This document shows, in pieces, positions 1-13,293 of a DNA stretch of 64,000 bases. The notes beneath the pieces were generated by a model that saw only the letters and a list, made by a program, of their open reading frames with translations, made no database searches and was not told where the DNA came from. The DNA is from Narcine bancroftii (lineage: Eukaryota). The stretch spans positions 41,850,001 to 41,914,000 of the forward strand of contig NC_091470.1 of NCBI RefSeq assembly GCF_036971445.1. The letters are read 5' to 3'. Both the position numbers and the translations under genes were made by a program. Every line of letters begins with the position of its first letter. Positions within the stretch are counted from its first letter, which is position 1.

Positions 1-653
1 TTGAAATGGGAAAAATTGTGCTTAGAACATTTTTATATTATATGCATTCATGGCTAGATAAGAGCTAGAACTTTTACCAGGTAGAGATTAAAATTAAATC
101 ATTCATAATAATTATAAATTATTAAACTTAATGCATTTTAAAAGGTATTGTAACCAAGATGGTTACAGGATTTGAAACTCTTGGTAGGAATCACATTTAT
201 ATTCCTAATAAAAAGAAAGTTGATCAATTTTTTAAAAAATACTGAGATTAGCAAATTAGAATGGAAACTACAGAAATGTTTCCTAGCTGCACAGTGATGT
301 GTACAATAGATTCCAAAATAAAAAGGTATAATACTCGTTCATTTAACAATGAATATAAAAATGGTTAAATGTGAGGCGAAGATTTCATGACTAAAGGAAG
401 ATCAAGTGTTAAAATACAGTTCCAATCAAAAACAGAAAATGGTGCAAACATTCAACACGTCAGAATTAATGTTTCTGATCCCACTCCCCAATAAGAACCT
501 TTCTTTCTCTCTGAGCCATTCATTAAAAATACTCTATGGTATTCCTATAAACAACCAAGTAACAATTTACAAGATTTATGGTGATACACACCTGAATCAG
601 AAAATTTGGGATCATGATTTTAATCAATGCTGACACTACACTATAGCAATGAG

Positions 654-699
654 AGCCAATATTCAGTTGCAATATTAGCCAATATTCAGTTGCAATATT
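654..699. repeat. Perfect 23-bp tandem duplication (AGCCAATATTCAGTTGCAATATT x2)
   Basis: Two exact adjacent copies at 654-676 and 677-699. Confidence 0.9.
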
Positions 700-1269
700 A
701 AAACAAACTTCAAGCTACCGGTTCCAAAAATTCTAAAACTTGAAAGCACTAGTAGCTACCACATGGCTCAGCAAATCTACCATTTTCAAAAAGATCAGCA
801 TATTTTCTAAGCAGGGCATTACAATTAAAAATCATTTGTGGTGCATGAACTGCTCTGAGGCTTTTAAAATATTATTCAGAAAACAAACATTTATTATGCC
901 ATCTATTAATAAGAGTTCAAAATGCAGTAAAATTAACTGTCTTTGAAACTTAATGCTAGAGGCAAATACTGCAAGTTCTTTTATAGATTTGAAAATTGCA
1001 ATAAAAATGGGAGAAGATTTAGTTAACTAGTAGTATATTCGTTGCCTCATACCAGTTGTAAACTTCTCCAATTTGCATATTGGTGTAGTGGCCTGATACC
1101 TTTGTTAATGCAATTATACAACTGAAGGCTGCAAGATCATTCATAACTTGTATCACATTCCCCTTGATACAAACTGATACAATGGCTACTGTAGAATCTG
1201 ATGTAGAAACAAAAGGTGCATTTATCTTGTTTGAATGACTATCATACATTAATTAGTAAGTAATTATTG

Positions 1270-1378
1270 GGTTATGGACATTGTGCAGGGAGGTGGGACT
1301 AGAAAGGGGTGTTTGGTTCGGTGCGGACTAGAAGGGCCTAATGGCCTGTTTCCGTGCTGTAATTGTTATGTTATGTTA
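1270..1378 (+). mobile_element. CR1-type LINE 3' terminal fragment
   Basis: GACTAGAAGGGCC..TGGCCTGTTTCCGTGCTGTAATTGTTATG resembles the end of the CR1 copy at 59190-59240, followed by a short (GTTAT)n tail. Confidence 0.7.
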
Positions 1379-1567
1379 TTAGTAAAAATAATGTTGATCG
1401 CAAAGGTTCAATTTGTTTAACAAAACTATAATGCCGCAAAATTAAAGAGATGCCAACTGAGTAACCATTGTTTACTACATTGCAAGCATACAAAATTATA
1501 ATGAAAAAGCTTGATGCTTTCAAAAACAGAGCAAACTGAATGATCAGTAGCTGGTGATTTCTCTTAC

Positions 1568-1660
1568 CTGCATCACAAATTTCTGGTCAATGTACTTCTT
1601 TGCTATATTTGGTTGAAAATCAGGAGACTCCAGAAACCTCAAGAAAAACTCATACACCAG
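1568..1660 (-). CDS. PPP2R5C: PP2A B56-gamma coding exon (4th in window): [31 protein letters not shown]
   Basis: 93 bp, phase 0/0. Acceptor is a polypyrimidine tract then TTAG| (ct at 1661-1662 on +); donor is CAG|GTAAGA. The peptide matches the conserved B56 core. Confidence 0.96.
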
Positions 1661-1990
1661 CTAAGGAGAAAAAAAAAAAATAGTTTAACAGATGACCAAG
1701 ATCACTGTATTCTTAAGAGATCTTTAAAAAAAAGTAATATTTGTGGTCAACCTCCATTAAGTGCATCATTTCCAGCTGAGCTACAACATGCTGATTAGCT
1801 CAAAGGACATGCATAAGCATTTTACAGCAACTTATTTGACAATTTTATCCCTCTCTTGCTTTGTCTGCACACTTGGGTTTGTAGAGATTAGGATCCTAGG
1901 GATTTTAAATAAAAACATTTGAAAAAAAACATAATTTTACTTTTTAGTCCAGAAAGTTAAAGTTCTAGAAGATGAGGAGATAGGCTTTTT

Positions 1991-2797
1991 AAAGATAAAC
2001 CAGTTTGCATCTTTCTGAATATGAGCTCTACTTGTGATAGAAGCAATACTGATGTGACTTCATTGACTTGTGTTTTGGTCACATCCTATGCTAGAAAAAT
2101 TTTGGAAAGATATTTTTAAAGCTCTTATGAATGATACTGGTTATTCAATTACAACCTAACCCCTTAACTGCTCTTTTTGGAATTACAGAGGTAGGTTGTT
2201 TACCTACTTCTGCATACCGAGTTATAGCTTTTTCTACACTATTAGCTAGAAGAGCCATTTTACTTAAATGGAAAGACTGATTCTCCTACATTATTTCAAT
2301 GGTTTTCTCATGTTATGTCTTTCTTAAATCTAGAAAAAAAATGAGAAGGTATACTTTAGACACAACTACTAAATTTGAAGAAACATGGACACCATTTATT
2401 ATTTTCAGGGGATATAGTTGCCGTTATTCTATGAATTAACACTTCCTTTCCAGATGTAATATAATTCTTGTCGTTTTTATTATCTGTAGGTGTGGACCAG
2501 AGCTCTGCTTTAAACTATTTGACAGATCCACGGGATAGGCAGCTCGGTTGTTTTTTTTTTTGTTTTGTTTATTATATTTTTTTTAGTAGATAAGTTGGGC
2601 TTTTTTGTATATAATATTTAATAATTTCTTTATCTCTGTTTTCTTTGTTAGAAGAATTATTTCTAATATGTCACATTTCACTCTTTGGAATTTATGATAC
2701 TTATACCATGTAGACTTGAATATACCATTTTTATTGTGTTATTTCTATTCTCCTTATACTGTATACATTATGAAATGTAAATAAATACATTGAAAAA
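1991..2797 (+). mobile_element. 5'-truncated L1-clade LINE (ORF2 C-terminus remnant plus 3' UTR)
   Basis: Decayed Cys-knuckle/FW region, then AATAAA and an A-rich end. 14-bp TSD GAGATAGGCTTTTT at 1977-1990 and 2798-2811. Confidence 0.8.
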
Positions 2798-3139
2798 GAG
2801 ATAGGCTTTTTGTCTAGACCTCTAAAGCACTTCAGACTTCAGTTATGATGGTATTCAAAATGATTTTGCTTTCCAAGTTTACACAGGCCCATAGTTTCTT
2901 ATAACTGGTCACTGGTACTCAATTGTTTGTATGATCTGTAACTGCATGCCAACTTTCAATAAAGCTGTTCCAAATGGATTTAGTTTTGAGTGGAAAAACA
3001 ACCAACACCTAATACAAGACAAATAATAATATTTGGAGAATAATCATATTTTGCAATTATTTTCTGACTGGAAAGGAGTTTGTTAAATGTATCATTTACT
3101 AACAAATTTCACTTACAAAAAAAATTCCAATTACCAGCA

Positions 3140-3370
3140 ACTTGGATGGCACGGTTAACATAGCAGTTAGTAGTACAACACTACTAGAGTTCGTGACCCG
3201 GGTTCAAATCTGGCACTGTTTTTAAGGAGTTTGTACGTTCTTTCTGTGACCGCATGGGTTTCTGGTTTCCTCCTACCCAACAAAAAAAAATGTACGGGGT
3301 TTGTAAATTTGGGCTGCAGGGGCTTGTGGGCTGGAAGGGCCTTTTACAGTGCTGTCTCTCTAAAACTAAA
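3140..3370 (+). mobile_element. tRNA-derived SINE
   Basis: Pol III A-box-like GGCACGGTTAACATAGC and B-box GGGTTCAAATC, then a TTTGTACGTTC..GGGTTTC body. Related copies at 29330-29581 (-) and 59360-59450. Confidence 0.7.
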
Positions 3371-3649
3371 ATACTTGTAACCTGCATTCAGCCACGTTGC
3401 TTTTAACAATTTGAAAATAACAACATAGGTGTATACACAGAATCAGCAAAAAGGAGATGCATTAGTTAGAAATTCGCAATACATTCACATGAGAAAACAA
3501 ACCAAATGACCAATTTCTATACATGACATGTCTCATGACAGCTTGATATACAAGTGAGACAAAGTACGGACAAAATCTATGCAGAAACAGGAGGAATTTA
3601 AAAGAAAAATTCAGAAATCAAGGAGAAGCATCGATGGGGTAGACATTGC

Positions 3650-4318
3650 ATAGGTTTGGCACCACAGGGTCAATTTGTCCTTCAAAATTACTCTGCCATT
3701 TGATTATGATTGTAGCTGATTACCTATCTCAGTATCTTAGTCCTGTTCTATCCCCACTTCTTTTGATACATTTCCAGAAAACTAGCCATCTCTTTAAAGA
3801 TATTGAGTGATGCCCCCACAGCCTTTTATGGTTAAGAATTCCACTGTGTCACCATCTCCTGAATGAAGAAATTTCATTGCACCTCAGTCCTCCATGTCTT
3901 ATTCTGTTTCTTGAGATTGTGACCCTTGATTCCACACCAGGCTATATCAATCATCCTCTCTGCATACAGTCAGAATTTGATGCATTTCAATGAACTTTCA
4001 TTCTTCCTCCAAGTCCACTGAATATAGTCACAGTCCATCCAATTTCTCTTTTTAGAACTCTCCCATCATACAGGAGTCAGTAATGATGAGTCTTCACTGA
4101 ACTCACTCTGTCAAGTAAATTTTTTAAGACTAAAAGTATGCAGAATCCCCCTATGTGGTCTCACTAAAGCCTTGTTTAATTGGAGCAAAAGATCCTTGCT
4201 CAAATTCTTTTGTGATGAAATCAATGTACTATTTGCATTATTAACCATCCATTATGCAATCACTCAGGTCCCTTCTATCAGCAGTTCCTTGTTCTATCCC
4301 ATTTAAGTAATACCATGC
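3650..4318 (-). mobile_element. Decayed CR1-like LINE fragment hosting the Gypsy insertion (continues after 8129)
   Basis: Degenerate similarity to the CR1 3' regions at 45690-46030 and 54020-54540. Confidence 0.5.
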
Positions 4319-4464
4319 TGTAATGAACTGAGATTCACTGGTGGTGTGTTTCCTGCCTAAACCCTTATCCCTTCTTAAGACCACTGTAAGACCATACCCT
4401 CAGTTATAAGCTAATAAAAGCGAATGTTCTCCTTCCAGTCATGAGAGCTTTTATTCATGCTACA
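4319..4464 (+). repeat. Gypsy 5' LTR (about 45-bp internal deletion relative to the 3' LTR)
   Basis: TGTAATGAACTG...CATGCTACA aligns to 7942-8128 but lacks the segment containing TATAA. Confidence 0.88.
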
Positions 4465-7400
4465 ATTTTATTCGCTTATTCCCTAGAAGATGGAAGCGCT
4501 GCTCAAGCCAGGGGTGCCGCTGATAGACCCTCTGTATCCCGACACGGCTAGGAGTTCATGTACTGGCTCGACTACTTCCAGGCTAAATGCGACCAGAGGT
4601 GTCTTCAACACTGATGAACTCAGGAGGGACTGCACTATATATGACACAACCATCGAGGCTTTGAAGGCTTGGTACCTGAAGTCGCAAAACAAGGTCCTAA
4701 CGAGGCACCGACTCGCTCTGCGTCACCAACGGGGAGGAGATACCATCGATGATTACCCGCTGGATCTGTGGACGCTTGCCAAGAAATGCAGGTACGAAAT
4801 GGCTACGGGCTATGTTCTTGACGAAGAACAGATCTTGGACACTCTAGTTGCAGGGTTTCGCTTGAGGTACATGAGACAGCGACTACTTGAGTCGGGTAAC
4901 TAGGACCAATCTTGAGAATGATGACCTTGAAGCTAATGAGTTTACTCAACCAGGTGACGCCTTCCAAGGACTAGCTGCTCCTGCTACCTCAGTGCTAACG
5001 GCTACCACTTCCCGTGCTAGGGAGTGCTTTTGTACTAGGGAGTGCATTTTCTGTGGTAAAAGCCAGCACCCCTGATCTCGTTGCCTGGCTAAAGACTCAG
5101 CTTGCTCCAGCTGTGACAAGAAAGGACATTAGGCGAGGGTTTGCTGCGTGAGGGGAAGCCTGTGGAAGTCCACGGCCTGTACCGCTCCCAGATCCAATTC
5201 TAGCCCCAAGCTATCTGCCCCGAATTCGCCAGAACCCACTTGCTGCACTACATGCTGAAGGAGGGTGGCTGTGAGCAAATGGCGTGAAAAAGCTCAGCGG
5301 CCAGCTTGCCACGACTCAAATTCAATCTCGGTGCCATCATCGTCAGAGGAGGACAGCCATCTTGCCGCTCCACGAGGTCGACGCCATCTTACCAGCGGGC
5401 AACCCAGGATGGTGGGGGCCACTCGAGTGAGAATTACAGAGTCCTAGCCTCAATGGTTCTAGATCAGGACAGACCGCACCAGCTTAGCAACTCTATACAG
5501 GAATACTACCTAAAGGAGTATCCTTCCAATGATCATATATTACTTGCGTCTCATTCGCACTCTACGTGTATTCAAGACCACTGTATAGTACATCTGTCAT
5601 TTGAGGGGGGAATTTTGTACTTTGTGAATTGTGTGCTCTGGTGCTGTTGGGTCTGGACTTCCTGTATCAACCTAAAAGCATGACCTTGGAGTATTCTGGT
5701 CCCCTCCCCCCTGTAACAGTTCAGAATGGAGGGCCTCTAAAATCAGAATCCACATACAGCCTTTCCACACTGAATATCGACCCCACCACCTCTCTTCCCA
5801 AATCTGTCCCCAGATTGCAAACCTATTGCTACCAAGAGCAGGAGGTACAGCACGGCAGATTGAGACTTCATAGAGACTGAGACACAGCATCTACTCAATG
5901 AAGGTATCATCGAATCTAGCACTAGCCCATGGAGAGTGCAAGAGGTAGTGGTAAAGGGGAAAAATAAGTCCAGGCTAGTGATTGACTATAGCAAAACTAT
6001 TAATCAGAACGCACTCTTTGAACCCCTCCCTCGAATTGCAAACATGGTAAGTGATATTGCGCAGTATTGGGTCTATTCGACCATTGACTTGAAAGCTGCT
6101 TATCACCAGATGCCAATCCATTCTGAGGACTGTCCATATACAGCATTTGATGCTAACGGTCGTCTCTATGAATTCTGGAGGGTTCCTTTCGGTATTACTA
6201 ACAGGATTTCTATCTTCCAGAGGCTACCTTCTCCTACCTCGATAACCTGGAGGACCACGACGCCAATCTTCAGTTTTCTTCATGCAGCGAAAGCCCTGAA
6301 CCTCACTTATAACTCTAGCAAGTGTGTGTTCAGGACTAAATGCCTGGCTATCCTTGGCTATGTGGTGGAGAATGGGATCATTGGCCTCGACCCTGATAGG
6401 ATGCACCTCCCATTAGAGCTCCCCGTACCCAGGACCATGAAGGCTTTGAGAAGATGCCTGGAGTTTTTCTTATATTATGCCCAGTGGATCCTTCAATATG
6501 CTGATAAGGTTCGACCTCTTCTAAAAGCCACTTCTTTTCCCCTCTCGGCCGGTCCAAAAAATGGCTTTTAACTACCCCCAAAACCACATTGTGAAAGCCA
6601 CCATGCACGCAGTGGACAAGAATGCACCTTTCCAGGTGGAAAGTGACGCTTCGAACGTGGCCCTGGCCACTACCCTCAACCAGGGGCAGACAGGCCAGTC
6701 AAACTTTTTTCTGTATCGCCCAGGAGCCCTTAATGACCCTCCAGATGCCTTATCCAGAGGATCCTGTGCCTCTGCACACACCTGTGAACTGCGGTCTCTG
6801 CACAATGAGCTCTACCATCCAGGGGTTACCCGCATGGCTCATTTTGTTAAGGCGCGCAATCTGCCCTACTCATCGGATGATGTCAGGGAAATGACCAGGT
6901 CTTGCCAGGTCTGTGCAGTGTGCAGGCTGCTCTTCTACCGCCCCGCAAAGGTGCACCTGATCAGGTCATCCAGGCCCTTCGAACGGCTCAGTGTCAATTT
7001 TAAGGGACCTCTCCCCTCCACAAACAGGAACACTTTCTTCCTCTCTATCACTGATGAGTACTCCTGCTTTCCATTCGCCATCCCATGTCCAGACAGGTCC
7101 ACATCATCACTCACAAAGGCCCTAAATTCCATTTTCGCCCTGTTCGGGTATCCCGGCTATATACATAGTGACTGGGGCTCATCTCGTATGAGCGAAGAGC
7201 TACGTCAGTACCTTCTAGCAAGGGGCATCACATCCAGAAGGACTACTAGCTACAATTCCTGAAGGGAACGGGCAGGCTGAAAAGGAAAATGTCATGGACT
7301 GTAAGGCTGTCAAACCGTCCCTCAAGTCAAGGGTCCTTCCAGACTCACGCTGGAAGGAAGTTCTTCCTATGGCGCTCCGTTCCATCCTGTTGCCACTATG

Positions 7401-7941
7401 TACCGTGACCAAAGTTACTCCTCACAAGCTCCTATTAAATTTCGAGAGAAAGTCGGCATCAGGAACTACACTCCCAACCTGACTCACCACTCCTGGTCTG
7501 GAACTTCTCAGGAAGCACGTGAGGAGAAGCAAGACTGAGCCCCTGGAGGAAAGGGTGAAACTGCTCCACGCCAATCCCACGTATGCCTATGTGGAGTACC
7601 CGGATGGCAGGGAGGACACCTGCCGGAACAGAGGGTCCATTGCCTCAAGTCCCTTCGAGCCGCAGATCTAATTCTCACCACTCCTAGACAGAGCCTCAGG
7701 GAACCCAGTTCAGGAAGAAAGTGCATCATCCTCCATTGTAGAGGCAGAGACCCCGCCCACCATTTCTCCCTCACAAGGGGAACAGGAGACTCAAGGCCCC
7801 CGGTGGTAAGGCACTCCACCAGGATCTCCAGACCCCCCGAATCACTTAAATCTATAAATTTGTAAATAACTATATATTTTACAATTTTTTTTCTGAATCA
7901 AAATTCTCTGTCTTCATCCAGACCCTAAATTCTGGAAGTGG

Positions 7942-8128
7942 TGAACTGTGATTCACTGGTGTCGTGTATACTGACGGCTGGCTCCACGCCCATCTCCCAA
8001 ATATAACTCTGGTTTCCTGCCTAAACCCTTAGCCCGTCTGAAGACCAATGTAAGACTCTACCCTCAGTTATAAGCTAATAAAAGCGTATGTTCTCCTTCC
8101 AGCCGTGAGAGCTTTTATTCATGCTACA
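7942..8128 (+). repeat. Gypsy 3' LTR
   Basis: Shares ATTCACTGGTG, TTTCCTGCCTAAACCCTTA, ATAAGCTAATAAAAGCG and GAGAGCTTTTATTCATGCTACA with the 5' LTR. Confidence 0.88.
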
Positions 8129-9527
8129 CCTGCTTGTGTTTGTTCCTACGAAAGTAGATAACTTTGTATTTATTCACATTATACCATTCACTCAACTGGT
8201 CTAAAATCACGTTGAAAGCCACTCAGTGCCCTCTTTATAGCTCCATTTGATTTCTGTGTTACTAGTATTCTTGTAATGTATCCACAATTCTAATCTCTTA
8301 AATGGTGCTGCTGTAAAGGCAGCGCTGCCACTGGTGCAGACCCAGTGCAAGGAGGGAGCAGAGACAGAGCTCCCGCAGCCAGTACAACTGCAGTACAGGC
8401 TTTTTAACTGCCCGTTAGAGGAGCCGACAGTGTTTTCACTTAAATCCTGCAACTGCAGTATCTAGACCCAAGATGAAGCCACCCATGTTCAGTAGCAATC
8501 AGAGGACCAGTGCAGGGCTCCAGAAAGCGGGGAGGCCAACTGCCATCTGAGAAGCAGGGGAGATGACCCACGGTATGGTGACCACAGCGACAGATTAGCT
8601 GAAGGAATCACATAGGCGGCAAACGCTGGTGACTCGATGCAAAGAACCCATGGAGGCTGCGGGAGACTGCAGTCAACAAAATCGCACCAGGCTATGGACA
8701 ATTGGAGATTGACTCAAAACTGGCTGATGGGGTACCAGGTATTGGAACTGGGATGCAAGAGGGTCCTAGGGTGCTGAAGGGTTCCTAATTTGATCAGATG
8801 TTCGGATCTGGAGCTAGGGTTGCTGATGGTTTGGACTGGACTTGGTGTGACTGCAGGCGTGCTGGGGCAAATCCACAGACACTTGGTGACTCTGGGTGAA
8901 CCTGCTTTTGCTTCTCTTTTTCTGACTCTAAGTGACACTTCAGGCAATTTCTGCTGATGGCAAATCTCTCTTCCTTACAGCAGACAGAAGCAATTTTGTG
9001 GAAATTGACACTTTTATTACATGATAATAAACTGAATCTTGAATCCAAATCATTGGAATATATTGAGAAGTTGGAGTGCAAGAAATGATTCCTGTAGTAC
9101 CCTGTCTCCCACTGCTTGACACCCCAAAAACATGATCATTGCACTGTTCTTTGTTAACTGATTTTCAATAATGCCAGTATATTACCCCAATCCTGTGTTA
9201 TATTTTTCAGCCCAATCTTTAATTTGTGACAATATCAAAGGCCTTCTGAAAATCTAAGTACATCACATCCACTGGTCTTTCTAATCAACTATTTCAGTTA
9301 CAGCCCTCAAAAACTCTAGGTGATTTATTAAAAAATTACTTCCCTCCCATTTACAAATCCAAATCAATTTCGAAAGGCATGGAGAGGGAGTTAGCCACAA
9401 GCAGAAAACGAAAAGATCAGGAAAAAATAGGTAATTCCTGATTGCTAATCCATAACTAATGTGATGCCATAGGACTGTTGATAGCACCTCAATTATTAAA
9501 AAATTTGGACAAAGAAACATTCTACTA

Positions 9528-10768
9528 TAGGTGCCTAACCTTTTGTCCGAGATTCTGAACACCAGCACTTTTTTCAGTAGATGACATTACACGTACCGTA
9601 AATATTTGTGTATAATGTGACCCTCCCATTTTGAGGGGAAAATGGGAGAAAAATTTTACCCCCGTGTATAATACGATCCCCCCTCCCCTCACCCACCCGA
9701 TTCGCACTGTTGTCTCTCTCCTTCCTTGCCCGCCCAAGTCGTGCTGGCGTCTCTCTACCCCCCCCCGCCTGCCTGATTTGCGCTGCCATCTTTGCCCCTG
9801 TCCCCCCCCCCCAACAAGTCGCGCTGGCGTCAATGTAGGTGGCTGCTGATAACCTTACTTATAATTAAACCTGGCAGAAAATGTTTTTAAAATTATAACC
9901 TCATGTATAATGTGACCCCCCCACCCCCCCCACCACCACGCAGTTTGAGCTCAAATTTCGGTACAAAGTTTTCCACATTATATTCAAATATTCATGGTGA
10001 GTAACTTTAATTTCCTGTAATAAATTCTCAATTTTCAGAGGGAGACACCCCCCCACCAGTCCATCATCCCCATCCCTATGGACACCTTTTCTTTCCTTTG
10101 GTGGAACGGAGACTCTCGACCCCAGCACCCGGTGGTAGAAGCAAGAGGTTGCTTGTTCAATGCAGGTGCAATGGCTGTCTTCCTTACACATGGTGCTAGC
10201 AAAGTGGATCCAGCTGCATGAGGGATTATGGGTAACGAAGACAGCCATTGCTTCCACATTGAGCCATTGCCGAGATTCGATGCAGCGCTCCATAAACTCT
10301 GGGCTCGACAGCACTGCACCCTTACTACTGCGTTGGGAGTTAGGTGGGGTGGGGGAAAAAAACTGACAGGATGTGCCTAACAGGCTGGTGGAGAGCCTGA
10401 AAGCTGCTGGCGCTCGGCTCCACCGGCATAATGACCTGCTCATGACAGGCCTTCCACACTGCTTGGCCACCGGCTTCGAGCAGCTGATGCTGGCCAGCTT
10501 TTTTGCCGAGCTCCTGGGCCATCCCATCGCCTCCAACCTCCACCTGATTGATGCGCTGGCTGAGAGCGTCCTGTATAACGCACGTTGAACCACCACTCAG
10601 CCCGCACTCCCACCCCAACAAGCGCTCAGCCAGCCTAGGGGTGAGGAGGGGGCTGATAGACAGATGAAAGGGGCTAGGAGCAAGGCATTTGCTTAAAGGG
10701 ACAAAAATGATTCGAACAAGGCAAGGGTCTGGTCCTGATGATCCTGGATAAAAGGTTAGGCCCCCATA
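9528..10768. mobile_element. Non-autonomous TIR DNA element (Tc1/mariner-Tigger-like) carrying a nested MITE
   Basis: Left end TAGGTGCCTAACCTTTTGTCC versus reverse complement of the right end, TGGGGGCCTAACCTTTTATCC; TA dinucleotides at both flanks. Confidence 0.6.
9596..9997. mobile_element. MITE with about 25-bp TIRs (CCGTAAATATTTG..TATAATGTG)
   Basis: TA-CCGTAAATATTTGTGTATAATGTGA versus reverse complement of the right end, CCATGAATATTTGAATATAATGTGG; internal repeats of GTATAATGTGACCC. Confidence 0.7.
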
Positions 10769-10854
10769 TAGTCAAATTTGCTAATGTTACAGATATGACA
10801 AACTGTCAGGACACAAAAGAACCACATAAAAGGGGAAAAGTGATAGTTTATGAA

Positions 10855-13040
10855 AATTTTATTTTTATTTTTCATAAATATGCATAATAAAATCTTCAAT
10901 ATTACAATAATATTAAACTTTTCAATCAAAATACATAGAACCCCTCCCCCATTCCACAAATATAAAGCCAGACACCAGAGCTCACACCTATATTAACCAT
11001 AAAAAAAATCTATATGGGGAAATCACTTGTTTATACTATAGCCACATCTGTTATTATCCTTGTTTATATTTTTTTTATTGTAATTGGGCCCCTACATGGT
11101 CCAAATATGGCTGCCATATCTTGATAATTATGTCATATTAGTTCTTTAAGATGTATATAATTTTTTTTCCATAGGTAAACAACTATTCATCTCCGCAGTT
11201 CATTGTGCTATGAACAAGGGAGAGTTGGACTTCCAAATAATTGCAATACATTTTTTTTTGCTACTGCTAAGGGTATTTGACAAAATAAATTTAAATATTA
11301 TCCTTGTTAATATTTCAGCAATATCCTACCAAATAGGACTCACCTTCATACACAACCACATCGCATGTAAAAATGTTCCTATTTCAATCCCACATCTAAA
11401 ACACATCTCCAATAGTTCAGATTTTGATCTATGTAGGTTCTATGGTGTAGGAAGTTATACTGAACCAGTCCATATCTTGTACTGATAATTAATGTCATAC
11501 TATCCAAACACCAATCAGACCAGCAACTTTCTGGTATTACAACACCCAAGTCCAACTCCCATCTCTCCCATGACCTCTGTGAACCTGGTTTTGCACATTC
11601 ACTCTGGAGAGCGTAGTACATTTTTGTTATGAATTTAGGTGTATTCCCCAGCCAGACTGTTCCTTCCATTTTACTAATTTCAGGTGGGACTAACAGTAGT
11701 CCCTATCTTTCTCTCAGGAAAGATCTTAGCTGGAGAAAACTGAAGACCCATTAGCTACTCCATATTTCAGTTTTAGTTGATCAAAAGATATAAGAATCCC
11801 CACTGCATAGCAGTCTTCAATGCATCTTATTCTTTTGTCATACCAGGAGTTTACTTTTCTAATACCTATATTCATAGGGAACAAAACATTCTTAATAATG
11901 GTGCTCTTAATGATATCCCTATTTTTCCCCAATACACTCACTATTTTCTTGTCATACTCTAATCGTGTGTATTAATGTAGGATTATCTGTCTTTTTTTGT
12001 TATTGACAACTCTCCACATAAATATAATCTTTCGCTGTCCCCTCTTTCATTGAGTATAATCCTATTTGAATGGGGAGGGGCAGGTACCTTCCTAAACAAA
12101 ATAAAAGAAATCTGGCTTGTGCTGACAAATAATACTTTCTAAGTCCTCCTAGTTTATGATCCCATCTTAATTTCCAGCGAAATTCTCGGCACCTAATACA
12201 ATTATTTAATGATTTAAAATTTTTCGGCAAAGAAATAGACAGCAATTAGAAAGGATATTGTAATCTTGGCAACACTTAACACAGTTAACCCTTCCCACCA
12301 AAGTAATTGCCAAGACTTTCCATTTCTGCAAATCCTTCTGTATTTTCCCTAACAGGGAAGTATAATTTAATTTGTACAAATTCTGTAGGTTATTGTTAGT
12401 CATTATTCCTAAGCCTTTAAAAACCAGATCTCTCTTTATAGTCTCCACCAGTAGTTCAATTGCAAGGATAAAAAGTGCTGGGGACAGGGGATACCCCTGT
12501 CTACTCAATCTATTCAGAGGGAAAACCGTTGACATTTGACAATTAATTATAATTTTGGCTTGTAATTTATGATAGAGTTTTTATCCAATTTATGAATATT
12601 CAACCTATTTCAAATTTCACCAATGTTTTAAATAAAAAAGGGCATTCTAAGCAGTCAGATGCCTTTTCCGCATCAAGGGGGTCTGTTATACTGGAATTCA
12701 ATTTTGATTTAGCCATATGTATTAAATAGCTTACCCAGACTATTTGTAGAGTGTCTTCCTTTAACAAATCCCACCTAATCTGTATGTATCAATTTATGTA
12801 AACATTGTCCCAGTCTATTGGCTATCGCCTTTGCCAATATCTTATAATCAGCTTTCAAAGACAAGATAGGTCTATATGATGAAGTTTTTAATGGGTCCCT
12901 ATTTTTGTCAGCAATACTGTAATAATAGCTGTTGAAAAAGTGTCCAGGAGAGTTTGAGTCTCCACTGCACATCTATTATAAGATGCATCAACAGATCCTT
13001 AAACTGTCTATAAAACTCAATGGGAACCCATCCTCCCCTA
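10855..13040 (-). mobile_element. Decayed 5'-truncated L1-clade LINE (RT region to 3' end)
   Basis: Minus-strand remnants SYRPI.SL..DYKILAKAIANRL, RQGYPLSPALFILAIE and W..L..TLVGRVN; T-rich tail near 10855 on +. Confidence 0.85.
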
Positions 13041-13293
13041 AATAGTCTCTATGTTGTGGGTTATGACTCTGGAGTTTTGTGACCCAATAAGCAGTGAAGG
13101 TGGAGTCATTAAATATATTCAAGATGAAGCATTCAAGGATTCAAGAGGTATAGGAAAAAAAGTGGGGCAAAAACACTCCATGTGTTGTTTCAAACACTAT
13201 TTCTAAGAGTTTATCAGCCAGAATCTTTAGCTGAGCAAGCTTAAGGGGCTGACTGGCCCCTTTACTTGTCATTATATCATTGTATCCAATAAA

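Larger units (their letters stand above)
4319..8128 (+). mobile_element. Decayed Ty3/Gypsy LTR retrotransposon (gag, CCHC knuckle, RT, RNase H, integrase)
   Basis: LTRs at 4319-4464 (TG..CA) and about 7942-8128; flanks CATGC/CCTGC give a 5-bp TSD with 1 mismatch. Gag ORF 4490-4903; CIFCGKSQHP knuckle; RT motifs RLVIDY and STIDLKAAYHQ..PFG; RNase H ESDAS; integrase HHCC and HSDxG after RT. Many stops and frameshifts. Confidence 0.93.

Noticed and set aside
3140-3230. tRNA gene
   Set aside because: A/B boxes are present but there is no cloverleaf, and the sequence continues into a SINE body with other copies in the window.
9901-10596. 231-aa minus-strand ORF
   Set aside because: Lies in a GC-rich dispersed repeat, crosses element boundaries and has no recognisable motif.
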